This document shows positions 28,665 to 37,677 of a stretch of DNA of 64,000 nt, piece by piece. The translations under genes were made by a program, and so were the position numbers. The stretch is taken from positions 11,963-75,962 of the forward strand of contig JAKUTY010000002.1 in the NCBI GenBank assembly GCA_022447825.1. The letters run 5' to 3'. The notes under the pieces were generated by a model. It saw only the letters and a program-made list of their open reading frames with translations. It searched no databases and was not told where the DNA came from. This DNA is from SAR202 cluster bacterium (lineage in GTDB: Bacteria > Chloroflexota > Dehalococcoidia > Lucifugimonadales > UBA826). The first letter of the stretch is position 1. Each line of letters opens with the position of its first letter.

Positions 28665-29655
28665 AAAGAACGTGATATTCCAAAAGATGCTTTCTCATTA
28701 CATCTTCAGCAAAATCATTGTCTACGTCTCTCCATACTGAATGAATATGATTGGCTCCATTTTGTCTATTATCAAATTCAACAACAAAATTACCGCCATG
28801 AATTCTGTAATAATGTTCTTCTCCTAATTCAGTTGGGCCTGCCCATGCGAAATAAACATTATCCAATCCAAATTCCCTTAGTTCTTTAAATTTCCTTTCT
28901 GCTAGTTGTTCAGGTACTTGATTAATATACTCAGCTATTAAAGATTCTATTATGTTTTTTTGTGTAGAATTCATTTTACTAATTGCTAATCCTTCTTCTG
29001 CTGGTAAGGATGCTTTAGAGCTGTTGTATGTAAGAATATCCCAAGGGGCTTTGTCATAAATAATTGCCTTTTTTAATTGGCCTTCATCAAAATGATTCAT
29101 TAAATCGTAGGCAATATCTTCTCTGTCACTTAAGATTCTCAATCCATTTTTAGGACCTTGCCTTACCTCAGCCGGGGTAGCACCAAAGAAAAATGGTGTC
29201 ATAGAGATAACTTGATCACCTAAAACACTGTAGTGTAAAGACACATGGTGTCCCTCTGCACACCACCCCCAAGCATCTTTTTGCCCAGGTTCCCCGAAAA
29301 TCCTAAAGTAGTAGAGTTCAGGATTTCTGTCGAACCAAGTAGGTCCTCCTTTAGCGTTTTCCTTTTCAATAGGACCTAAAACTGTTTCTAAATCAATGAT
29401 TTGTAGGGCTTGTTTATATGATGTTTCTGTTAGACCGGTAGACATTAATCTGAGGGCTAATTTTCTTTGGTTATCATCCATGTCTCTTAAAGAGATTCCA
29501 TGTCTGTTTATTGGGGGGTAATACCAAAATAATCTTTCTCCATCCATATAATGGAAACAGGCTTTACTTTTCTGATCCTCAGATAAGCTGTTTAAAAATT
29601 CCAAACCAGCTTGATTCATTCTTTCAACTACCGAGTTAGCTTGAGATGTTGCCAT
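28663..29655 (-). CDS. DUF3500-family protein
   Basis: C-terminal HYYRIHGGNFVVEFDNRQNGANHIHSVWRD pattern, which I recognise as DUF3500. Confidence 0.7.
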   Translation of the reverse strand: MATSQANSVVERMNQAGLEFLNSLSEDQKSKACFHYMDGERLFWYYPPINRHGISLRDMDDNQRKLALRLMSTGLTETSYKQALQIIDLETVLGPIEKENAKGGPTWFDRNPELYYFRIFGEPGQKDAWGWCAEGHHVSLHYSVLGDQVISMTPFFFGATPAEVRQGPKNGLRILSDREDIAYDLMNHFDEGQLKKAIIYDKAPWDILTYNSSKASLPAEEGLAISKMNSTQKNIIESLIAEYINQVPEQLAERKFKELREFGLDNVYFAWAGPTELGEEHYYRIHGGNFVVEFDNRQNGANHIHSVWRDVDNDFAEDVMRKHLLEYHVL

Positions 29656-29713
29656 TTTGCCCTACCTTTTATCTATTATGTTTGCGAAGATTAGCATTAT
29701 CTAATCCAATCTT

Positions 29714-30664
29714 CTATAGTTTCTTTAGTTTTTGAAAGCTTCTAGGGAAATCAGGTGGGGCTTCTACGTGGCTAATATTAGTTTTTGAAACCTCAGCAAC
29801 ATACATATTCAACTGTGAATCAAGACATAATCCGTGAGGAGCAGTGAATTGCCCTAAATCTGTTCCATATCCTTGATTTCCAACTCTTTGTAACAGTTTT
29901 CCAAATGAATTGAAAATTGAAATTCTAGGTCCAATATTTGGCATGTCTCTGTTTATTTTAGTTGCCCATCCTAGTTCTGCTACATATACAACATCATTTG
30001 AATCAATATAAATTGCACAAGGACGGTGAACATTTGACCACTCAGACTGAAACTTACCTTCCGTGTCGAAAATTTGAATTCTATGATTTTCTCGGTCGCA
30101 AACATAAAGATATCCGTTAGAGTCAAGGGCCAGATTATGTACTATATTAAATTCTCCTTCATCTACTCCCGGAGTGCCCCAAGATTTGATTAATTTTCCA
30201 TTAGGATCATATTTGTGTACTTTGGAATTTTGGTACCCATCTGAAATAAAAATATTTCCTGTATTAAAATCTACCGCAGTATGCGTACATCTATTGAAAG
30301 GGATTCCACTAAATGGTTTGGATGGATTTCCAGGATTTCCTATTGTCATTAATACATTCCCGTCTAGATCACATTGTCTTACTGAATGATCTCCATCATC
30401 GCTGCAAAAAATTGAATTATCAGGTCCTTTACTCAAACCATGTGCTCTTACGAAAATATTTTCGCCCCATGATTTAATAAAATTACCATCAGAATCAAAT
30501 ACAATCATAGGGTGTTTCCCTCTATTAAACACGTATACGTTATCTTGATCGTCAGTAATTACACTTGCGGTTTCGGGCCATTTGTACTCATCAGGCAATT
30601 TTTCCCAATTTTCAATGATTTCGTATTTATAATCTCCTTCACCTAAAATTGCTTGAGAATTCAT
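29714..30664 (-). CDS. NHL-repeat beta-propeller protein (peptidyl-alpha-hydroxyglycine lyase-like)
   Basis: Repeated NHL-type blades (F..PHGL..D....IYV.D..NHRIQIFD..G). Confidence 0.7.
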   Translation of the reverse strand: MNSQAILGEGDYKYEIIENWEKLPDEYKWPETASVITDDQDNVYVFNRGKHPMIVFDSDGNFIKSWGENIFVRAHGLSKGPDNSIFCSDDGDHSVRQCDLDGNVLMTIGNPGNPSKPFSGIPFNRCTHTAVDFNTGNIFISDGYQNSKVHKYDPNGKLIKSWGTPGVDEGEFNIVHNLALDSNGYLYVCDRENHRIQIFDTEGKFQSEWSNVHRPCAIYIDSNDVVYVAELGWATKINRDMPNIGPRISIFNSFGKLLQRVGNQGYGTDLGQFTAPHGLCLDSQLNMYVAEVSKTNISHVEAPPDFPRSFQKLKKL

Positions 30665-30747
30665 ATTTGTTTCCTTGATGTTTTTACGAGAGGATTGGGA
30701 TTATACATTCATTTTTTGTAGAATGACTCAAAAATTTCACAAAGGAG

Positions 30748-31227
30748 TTGAAAATGCAAACGGGCAAGGTGGTTTCAATGAGAAAAAATGTCGGAAAACG
30801 TGCTCCTATGTTAGAGGTAGAAGATGCTAATTTTATTACTTACGAGGGTATAGAAGGTGACAGGCATCGGAAAGCTCCATCTCAGATGAAATATTCATCT
30901 ACTGCATCAGTATCTTCAATTCCTAAAAGACAAATTTTGTTGATGGATTTGGAAACTTTGGAAGAATTTGACCTGTTCGCAGGGCAAATTCGTGAGAATG
31001 TAACTGTTGAGGGGTTAGATTTTTCTAAAATTCATGAGGGTGATATGGTGAAGGTTGAATCCGGAGTGATTTTAGAGATTACAGGAATTTGTGACCCTTG
31101 TGCTTTCATAGATGGAATCAGACCTGGCCTTCGCAATGCTATAGATGGTAGAAGAGGATTGTTAGCTTTTGTTCAGAACGGAGGATCCGTAAAAGTTGGA
31201 ACTACTATTTCAGTAGAAACCCCCTAA
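30748..31227 (+). CDS. MOSC-domain protein
   Basis: About 159 aa with GIEGDRH near the N-terminus and the conserved Cys context GICDPCAFI. Confidence 0.65.
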   Translation: MKMQTGKVVSMRKNVGKRAPMLEVEDANFITYEGIEGDRHRKAPSQMKYSSTASVSSIPKRQILLMDLETLEEFDLFAGQIRENVTVEGLDFSKIHEGDMVKVESGVILEITGICDPCAFIDGIRPGLRNAIDGRRGLLAFVQNGGSVKVGTTISVETP

Positions 31228-31976
31228 TATGTTGCTCTACCGCCACTGGCATCATATGCAGCACCAGTACTAAAAGAACATTCTTCAGAGCACAACCATG
31301 AAACTAGTGCAGCAATTTCTTTGATCTCTCCTGTTCTGCCCATGGGAATTTTATCTGTCATATATTTGATTTGTTCAGGTGTAAATTCATCTAGTAATTT
31401 TGTTTGAACAACTGCTGGGGTTACACAATTTACTAGTACATTTGACCCAGCCAATTCTTTGCCTACTGATTTTGTTAATGCGATGACCGCTGCTTTTGTA
31501 CTTGAATATGGGACCATTCTGGGATTTCCTTCTTTACCAGCAGTCGATGCCATATTAACTATTCTTCCAAAGTTGTTATCAACCATATGAGGAATAACTG
31601 CCTGACAAAATAAAAATACTCCCCTTAGGTTGATTTGATATACTCTGTCTAACTCTTCAACATCTAATTCCCATATATTTCCGTTAATTCCACCGATTCC
31701 AGCGTTGTTAACTAGTATGTCTATTTTGCCCCATGCGGCTAATGTATTTTTTACTGCTTCAATAGATGTCGTAGGTTGGGAGACATCTCCTAGTGTTAAC
31801 TGTACATTCCCAGGATTTTTTGAATTTATTTCACTAACTGATTGAGATCCGATTTCAGAATTAAAATCTACAACCATAACATTAGCGCCTTCACTAGATA
31901 ATCTTTCCGTGATGCCATATCCAATGCCGTCTCCACCACCAGTTACAATTGCAACTTTATTTTCAAACCTCATCAT
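31224..31976 (-). CDS. short-chain dehydrogenase/reductase (FabG-like)
   Basis: TGGGDGIG cofactor motif, NNAG, catalytic YSSTK; 250 aa. Confidence 0.85.
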   Translation of the reverse strand: MMRFENKVAIVTGGGDGIGYGITERLSSEGANVMVVDFNSEIGSQSVSEINSKNPGNVQLTLGDVSQPTTSIEAVKNTLAAWGKIDILVNNAGIGGINGNIWELDVEELDRVYQINLRGVFLFCQAVIPHMVDNNFGRIVNMASTAGKEGNPRMVPYSSTKAAVIALTKSVGKELAGSNVLVNCVTPAVVQTKLLDEFTPEQIKYMTDKIPMGRTGEIKEIAALVSWLCSEECSFSTGAAYDASGGRATY

Positions 31977-33184
31977 GATTTTTTCTTTCCAGGGTAGGTG
32001 TTGTAAATTTTTGTAGCTTCAGCAACTGCTGCACCTTGAGCTACTTCGTATCCAACTCTAGATAAAATACTTTCGATAGCTGATAAGAATGTGAGTACAT
32101 ATTCTTGTTTACTGGATTCTCCCATCAGTCCAACTCTCCAAACTTTTCCTGAAAAATCACCTAAACCTCTTCCTAACTCTATAGAGAATTCGTTTAATAG
32201 CATGTTTCTTACTTCCATGTCATCAACACCTTCTGGGATCCAAACTGGAGTGATTTGTTCTAATCGGCTTCCTTGAGGTGCCACTGCGTTCAATCCAATA
32301 GCTTGTAGGCCCGCATTTAATGCCTCTGCATTGATTCTGTGTCTTTCAAATCTTGTTTCTAGACCTTCTTCCATAACAATTCTTAATGCTTCATTAATTC
32401 CATAGAGCATTGAAACTGGAGCTGTGTGATGATAAACCCTTTCTTCTCCCCAATATTTACACAATAATTCTAAATCTAGATACCAAGAAACAGGTTTATT
32501 TTTTCTGTTTCTAATAGTCTCTAAAGCTCGGTCACTTACAACAGCAGGAGATAGGCCGGGAGGGGCTCCTAAGCATTTTTGAGATGCTGAATAAGAGTAA
32601 TCAATATCCCAATTGTCTATTTCTATATTTCTTCCAGAAAAAGTTGTGACAGCATCAACCATAAATAAAGCATCATGTTGCTTAGCAATTTTTGAAATTC
32701 CTTCTAGAGGTTGGGCTATTCCTGTAGATGTCTCTCCATGAATTGCCGTTACAAGTTTGATATCGGAATGTTTTTTAATTTCTTGTTCTAGTAGCTCTTC
32801 TGGAAATGGAGCACCCCATTCTGCTCTAATTGGTATAACGTCTGCTCCAATTCTTTCTCCCATTTCAACCATTCTTTCACAAAAAAATCCGTAAATACAC
32901 ATAATTACTTTGTCGCCTGGCTCTAACAAGCTTGAGAGGCCTGCTTCCATTCCAGCAGATCCAGTCCCGGGTATAGCTAATGTCGATTGTTTTGTTTTGT
33001 AGACATTTTTTAAATGTCCTGAAATTTCATCTAATACTTCTATGAAGTCAGGATCTAGATACCCAATCATACTTTGCATCATTGCCTGCAAAACTCTTGG
33101 GTGGGCCATGCTGGGTCCTGGACCAAGTAATATTTTGTTTGGCATAGGTTGAGCAGTAATTACTTTATCTGCGTATTTGGTCAT
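31973..33184 (-). CDS. class V aminotransferase (serine/alanine-glyoxylate aminotransferase-like)
   Basis: PLP-lysine context SASQKCLGAPPG. Start moved to ATG 33184 (MTKYADK), 4 nt after GGAGG (33193-33189), which lies just downstream of the manC stop. The track start 33232 would overlap manC by 38 nt. Confidence 0.85.
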   Translation of the reverse strand: MTKYADKVITAQPMPNKILLGPGPSMAHPRVLQAMMQSMIGYLDPDFIEVLDEISGHLKNVYKTKQSTLAIPGTGSAGMEAGLSSLLEPGDKVIMCIYGFFCERMVEMGERIGADVIPIRAEWGAPFPEELLEQEIKKHSDIKLVTAIHGETSTGIAQPLEGISKIAKQHDALFMVDAVTTFSGRNIEIDNWDIDYSYSASQKCLGAPPGLSPAVVSDRALETIRNRKNKPVSWYLDLELLCKYWGEERVYHHTAPVSMLYGINEALRIVMEEGLETRFERHRINAEALNAGLQAIGLNAVAPQGSRLEQITPVWIPEGVDDMEVRNMLLNEFSIELGRGLGDFSGKVWRVGLMGESSKQEYVLTFLSAIESILSRVGYEVAQGAAVAEATKIYNTYPGKKKS

Positions 33185-33194
33185 TGGTCCTCCG

Positions 33195-34589
33195 TTAGGT
33201 GCTAGAGTTTGTTCTAGCGTATTTGTCTTCAAATCTAGTGATATCGTCTTCTTCTAAATATACCCCAGTTTGTATTTCTAGGAGACATAAATTTTCATGT
33301 TTTGAATTTTCTATTCTATGTTTAGATCCTTGAGGAATAAATATTGAATCATTTTGATTTAAATTAAACGTTTCTTTTTCTACTGTAACTTTAGCTACTC
33401 CCTGAGTAATTATCCAGTGTTCAGATCTGAATTGATGGCTTTGAAGAGATGTGGCTTCACCCGAAAAAATCGTGAGTTTTTTAATTTGTTGACCTGAAGT
33501 TCTACTTAAAATCTCATAATATCCCCATGGTTTATCAAATTTTTGTGAAGTTTGATTAGATTGGATCAAGATTTCTCCATTATTTTCTACAACAAAAACA
33601 TCGGTAATATTATTAGCAGTAATTATTTGATTTTGAGAAACTATTAAAGAATTTCTAACATTTGAATGAGATATATTCCCTTTAAAGTAATTATCGTTTT
33701 CAGTTTTGAAGAACTTCCAAATTGATGACCATTCTCCTAAATCCGTCCATTGAGAACTTAATTTTATAGCAGACAATTTTGATTTGTATTCATTTTCTTT
33801 TTGCATTTTTTCTAAAACTGCATGATCAATAGAAATTGGTTTGATTTTTAGAAAATGAGATGGGTCTAAATTTATAGTTTTGGATTCTAAATTGGAATTT
33901 TTTAAAGATGATTCGCACTGTTTTAAGACTTCTGGAGCAAATTTTTCCATTAGTCTTAACCACAGGCTTGACTTAAGAATGAAATTTCCGGAATTCCATA
34001 GATAATTTTTGCTTCTGATCATTTTTTTTGCATTATGAACTGATGGTTTTTCTACAAACTCTTTTACTTGATATTCATTTTTTGAGGATTTAATTTGATT
34101 GATTTTAAGATATCCGTATTGGGGATTAGGGTGTGTAGGCTCAACACCAACTAAAACAACATTTTCTTCAAATGCAATTTTAATTGCATTTGAAATTTCT
34201 TGAGAAAATTCTTTCTCATCCGATATCCATTGATCCGAATGGATTGAAATCATTATGCCGTCTCCAAATTGTTTTTTTATAAGGATTGCGGCTAATGTCA
34301 AAGCTGGTGCTGTGTTTTTAATTTCAGGCTCTAAAATAATTGATGCAATTGCTGACTTAACTTTTTCGGCTTGGTCATTTACCAAAGATTGATGATTTTG
34401 GTTACAAACAATTATTGGGTTATTTAATTGACCTATTGATGTGTTTAATTTGTCTAATCTTTGAAGAGTATTTTGGAACAATGAATACTGTCCATCAAAT
34501 GATATGAATGGTTTTGGAACATCTGAGGTCGATAATGGCCATAGTCTTTTGCCAGAACCCCCAGTAAGAATTACTGGTTGAATGATCAT
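33195..34589 (-). CDS. manC: mannose-1-phosphate guanylyltransferase / mannose-6-phosphate isomerase (type II)
   Basis: N-terminal GGSGKRLWPLS nucleotidyltransferase motif and C-terminal cupin (KPWGYYE..., SEHWII.QG); 464 aa. Confidence 0.85.
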   Translation of the reverse strand: MIIQPVILTGGSGKRLWPLSTSDVPKPFISFDGQYSLFQNTLQRLDKLNTSIGQLNNPIIVCNQNHQSLVNDQAEKVKSAIASIILEPEIKNTAPALTLAAILIKKQFGDGIMISIHSDQWISDEKEFSQEISNAIKIAFEENVVLVGVEPTHPNPQYGYLKINQIKSSKNEYQVKEFVEKPSVHNAKKMIRSKNYLWNSGNFILKSSLWLRLMEKFAPEVLKQCESSLKNSNLESKTINLDPSHFLKIKPISIDHAVLEKMQKENEYKSKLSAIKLSSQWTDLGEWSSIWKFFKTENDNYFKGNISHSNVRNSLIVSQNQIITANNITDVFVVENNGEILIQSNQTSQKFDKPWGYYEILSRTSGQQIKKLTIFSGEATSLQSHQFRSEHWIITQGVAKVTVEKETFNLNQNDSIFIPQGSKHRIENSKHENLCLLEIQTGVYLEEDDITRFEDKYARTNSST

Positions 34590-34722
34590 TTTGTATCCTT
34601 ATTCTGTCGAATGAAAATCTATAGAAGGAAATTATAGATTTGGTTAAAATATTCTTCAAATATTTTTAGTTGTGTCAGATTCTCAGAGAATTTAGAATGT
34701 GCTCAAATTCAAGAGGTGAAAT

Positions 34723-35577
34723 ATGGGTAAATTAGATAATAAAGTAGTGATAGTGACTGGAGCTAGTAGAGGAATTGGAGCTGAGATAGCAAACTTGTTT
34801 GCTAAAGAAGGAGGAAAAGTTGTTTGTGCTGCTAGAACTCTTAAAGAAGGTGACCATCCACTGGAAGGTTCTTTAGAAAAGACTGTTAGTGATATTAATG
34901 AATTTGGAGGCGAAGCCGTTGCAGTTACTGCAAATATTTCTTTGCCAGAAGATTGCGAAAAATTGTTTCAAGATACTTTAGATTTATATGGGGATGTAGA
35001 TGTGTTAGTTAATAATGCAGCATTGACATATTTTGTACCTGTAAAAGATTATCAGATTAATAGATGGATGAGATCGTGGGCTGTGAATTTTCATGCACCG
35101 TTTATTTTAAGTCAGTTGGCAGTAAATCATATGATTCCAAAAAACTCCGGTAGTATAGTGAATATTTCTTCTGGAGCAGCAATTGGGCCCGGAAGAGGCC
35201 CTTATGAAAATGTCCCTTCAAATTCTGGTGGGACTTGTTATGGTGCAGAAAAAGCTGCCTTGGAACGTTTTACTCAAGGTCTAGCTCAAGAAGTTTTTGA
35301 TTATGGTATTTCTGTAACTAGTTTAGCTCCTTCTCAAGTTGTACCGACACCTGGAACAGTATTTCACAATCTTGTGACAGGATTAGACGATCCCAAAAGT
35401 GAGCATCCAAAATTGATGGCTGATGCAGCATTGCTTTTAGCTACAGAACCAGTAGATAAAATTAGTGGTAGGGTCACTTATACTCAACAGATTTTGAGTG
35501 AATATGGTTTAATTTCTGACCCAAAAGGTACTGGTGTAGAGGGCGGTAGGGTAGGCAGTGGATATAGCCAAATTTAA
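34723..35577 (+). CDS. short-chain dehydrogenase/reductase
   Basis: TGASRGIG, NNAA and YGAEKAAL catalytic motif; 284 aa. Confidence 0.8.
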   Translation: MGKLDNKVVIVTGASRGIGAEIANLFAKEGGKVVCAARTLKEGDHPLEGSLEKTVSDINEFGGEAVAVTANISLPEDCEKLFQDTLDLYGDVDVLVNNAALTYFVPVKDYQINRWMRSWAVNFHAPFILSQLAVNHMIPKNSGSIVNISSGAAIGPGRGPYENVPSNSGGTCYGAEKAALERFTQGLAQEVFDYGISVTSLAPSQVVPTPGTVFHNLVTGLDDPKSEHPKLMADAALLLATEPVDKISGRVTYTQQILSEYGLISDPKGTGVEGGRVGSGYSQI

Positions 35578-35692
35578 TAGAGAATAAAATCTTAAAAAAC
35601 TTACAGCTAAAAACTCCTTGATTGTAACTACTAGAATTGTTTATTGTCAGTTCTGTAAAAACTAATTAGAAGTACTTTTCTTCGGGGGAATT

Positions 35693-37642
35693 ATGAAGCT
35701 GACTCGAGCACGAGTAACTAACTACAGAAGTATAGATGATTCAACGTGGGTGAATTTAGAAGATGTCACTGCTTTAGTTGGCAAAAATGAATCTGGAAAA
35801 ACAGCCTTTCTTCAGGCTTTGAGAAAAATTAATTCTATTGCCGGAATTGAAGATCAATTTAGTATTAGAGATTATCCACGTAAAGGATACATAAAATATA
35901 AGAAAATTCATCAAGAAAATCCCGGTACTGTTGTTCAAGCTGAATTTCAATTATCTGAAGCTGAGTTTACCGAAATCGAATCTTTTTTCGGTAAAGGAAT
36001 TTTAAGTACAGATACTGTCGTAGTAGGAATGAATTATAAAAACGAAAGATCTTGGGACATCGAAATTTCTTCTGCAGTTATAAATCAGCCACAACAATCT
36101 TCATCAGAAATTGAATTAATTTGCAAACAAATTGAAGATGAATTTCTTGAAAAATGGTTGCCTAAGTTTGTTTATTTTGATAACTACAGCATTATGCGTG
36201 GGAAACTTTCCATTAATGATCTGCAAGATCGTTTGAAAACTAACGGCCCTTTAGATGATGCTGATAGAACATTTTTGTCACTTTTAACTTTATCGGGAGT
36301 TTCATTAGAAGATCTGCAACAAGATTTAGGATATGAAGATATTAAAGTTGAATTGGAATCTGCGTCTATAAATATTACCGACGAGATATTTGAATATTGG
36401 CATCAAAATCGACAATTAAAAGTAGAATTTGATGTATCTCAAGCAGACCCTAGAGACCCGGCACCATTAAATGAAGGAAAGATTTTACACGTACGAATTG
36501 AAAATTCTAGGCATAGAGTAACAGTATCTTTTGATGAAAGATCAAAAGGTTTTGTTTGGTTTTTCTCTTTCTTGGCATATTTTTCTCATTTAGAAGAAAC
36601 AGAATCTAGTGATTTGGTAATTTTATTAGATGAGCCTGGGACTGCATTGCATGCAATGGCTCAGAAAGATTTTTTAAGATTCATGGATGAAAGATTAGCT
36701 CCAAGATGCCAAGTTGTTTATTCTACACACTCCCCATTTATGGTTGATTTACAAAAATTACAAAGAGTTCGTACAGTTCAAGATATGGATGGTAAAGGTA
36801 CTGTAATTAGTCAGGATGCTAGTAAAAACGACCGTGAGACAGTTTTTCCGTTACAAATGGCTCTTGGGTATCAAATGGCCCAAACATTATTTATGGCCCC
36901 TCATTGCTTGATGGTCAATAATCCTTCTGACCTTATATATTTACAAGTCATGGGAAATTTAGTTTCTAGAGACTTTGACATTAGAATTGATCCTAGGTGG
37001 GTGATTATTCCAATAGGTGGTACTGAGAATTTATCTACATTTATTTCTTTATTGGGTGAAAATTATGTGAGTGTAGCTGTAATGATGGATATTACCCCCA
37101 CTAATAGGCAAAAAATTGATGATATCAATCAGTCAACTCAAACCTTTATAGATAACCCGGTTAAATGGGTAGAAGTAACTAGAATAAGAGATGCTGATAT
37201 TGAAGATTTATTTCCACCCAATCTTTATTTGGACTTGGTTAATCAAGCCTATGGGAATCAATTAAAAGAACCTTTGACAATGAAATTGATTACTGACAGG
37301 AATCCTAGAATTGTAGAAAGAATTTCTTTATATTTTGATAAAAATAACATCTGTGGAGGTGTTTTTGACAGATATATTCCAGCTGCTTATTTATTAGAAA
37401 ATTTTCACGTTTGGCAGAATTTAATCCCACCAGAAACAGTTGAGAAAATCTCTACTTTAATTTCTAAAATCAATTCTTTGTTGGCAGATAGTCAAGAAAA
37501 AGATATAGATCAAAAATCTAATCTTTCTATAGACTCTAATGAAAATAGATCGGAATCAAATAAAGATTCAGTATCTCCATTTGATTCGATTATTTCTGAA
37601 ATAGATGAGTCTACTAATTTTCCTGTACAAACGCAGTTCTAA
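35693..37642 (+). CDS. OLD-family-like ABC/SMC-type ATPase with C-terminal TOPRIM-like region (apparently degenerate)
   Basis: The N-terminus (NYRSIDD...ALVGKNESGKTAFLQAL, Walker A at 35780-35803) resembles OLD/AAA_15 ATPases. Signature-like RSKGFVWFFSF, Walker B VILLDEPGTALH and H-loop STHSP follow. Residues ~406-469 follow the OLD TOPRIM layout, but read VNNPSD and DIT where E-G and DxD are expected. The C-terminal tail looks disordered. Confidence 0.65.
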   Translation: MKLTRARVTNYRSIDDSTWVNLEDVTALVGKNESGKTAFLQALRKINSIAGIEDQFSIRDYPRKGYIKYKKIHQENPGTVVQAEFQLSEAEFTEIESFFGKGILSTDTVVVGMNYKNERSWDIEISSAVINQPQQSSSEIELICKQIEDEFLEKWLPKFVYFDNYSIMRGKLSINDLQDRLKTNGPLDDADRTFLSLLTLSGVSLEDLQQDLGYEDIKVELESASINITDEIFEYWHQNRQLKVEFDVSQADPRDPAPLNEGKILHVRIENSRHRVTVSFDERSKGFVWFFSFLAYFSHLEETESSDLVILLDEPGTALHAMAQKDFLRFMDERLAPRCQVVYSTHSPFMVDLQKLQRVRTVQDMDGKGTVISQDASKNDRETVFPLQMALGYQMAQTLFMAPHCLMVNNPSDLIYLQVMGNLVSRDFDIRIDPRWVIIPIGGTENLSTFISLLGENYVSVAVMMDITPTNRQKIDDINQSTQTFIDNPVKWVEVTRIRDADIEDLFPPNLYLDLVNQAYGNQLKEPLTMKLITDRNPRIVERISLYFDKNNICGGVFDRYIPAAYLLENFHVWQNLIPPETVEKISTLISKINSLLADSQEKDIDQKSNLSIDSNENRSESNKDSVSPFDSIISEIDESTNFPVQTQF

Positions 37643-37677
37643 AAATAGGCAATTTTTCTAATTAATCTTTTAGTGAT

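Noticed and set aside
35871-35879. DnaA-box-like 9-mers (TTATCCACg here; tgtggatat near 63445) close to replication genes; considered oriC.
   Set aside because: They are single, imperfect, intragenic occurrences. There is no cluster, no dnaA and no AT-rich unwinding element context.
35578-37677. Looked for mobile-element or island boundaries around the OLD-like gene (direct repeats, tRNA, integrase, compositional shift).
   Set aside because: Only trivial AT-rich 7-mers (CTAATTA) recur on both sides. There is no integrase or tRNA, and composition looks like the neighbours by eye. Island status cannot be claimed from this window.
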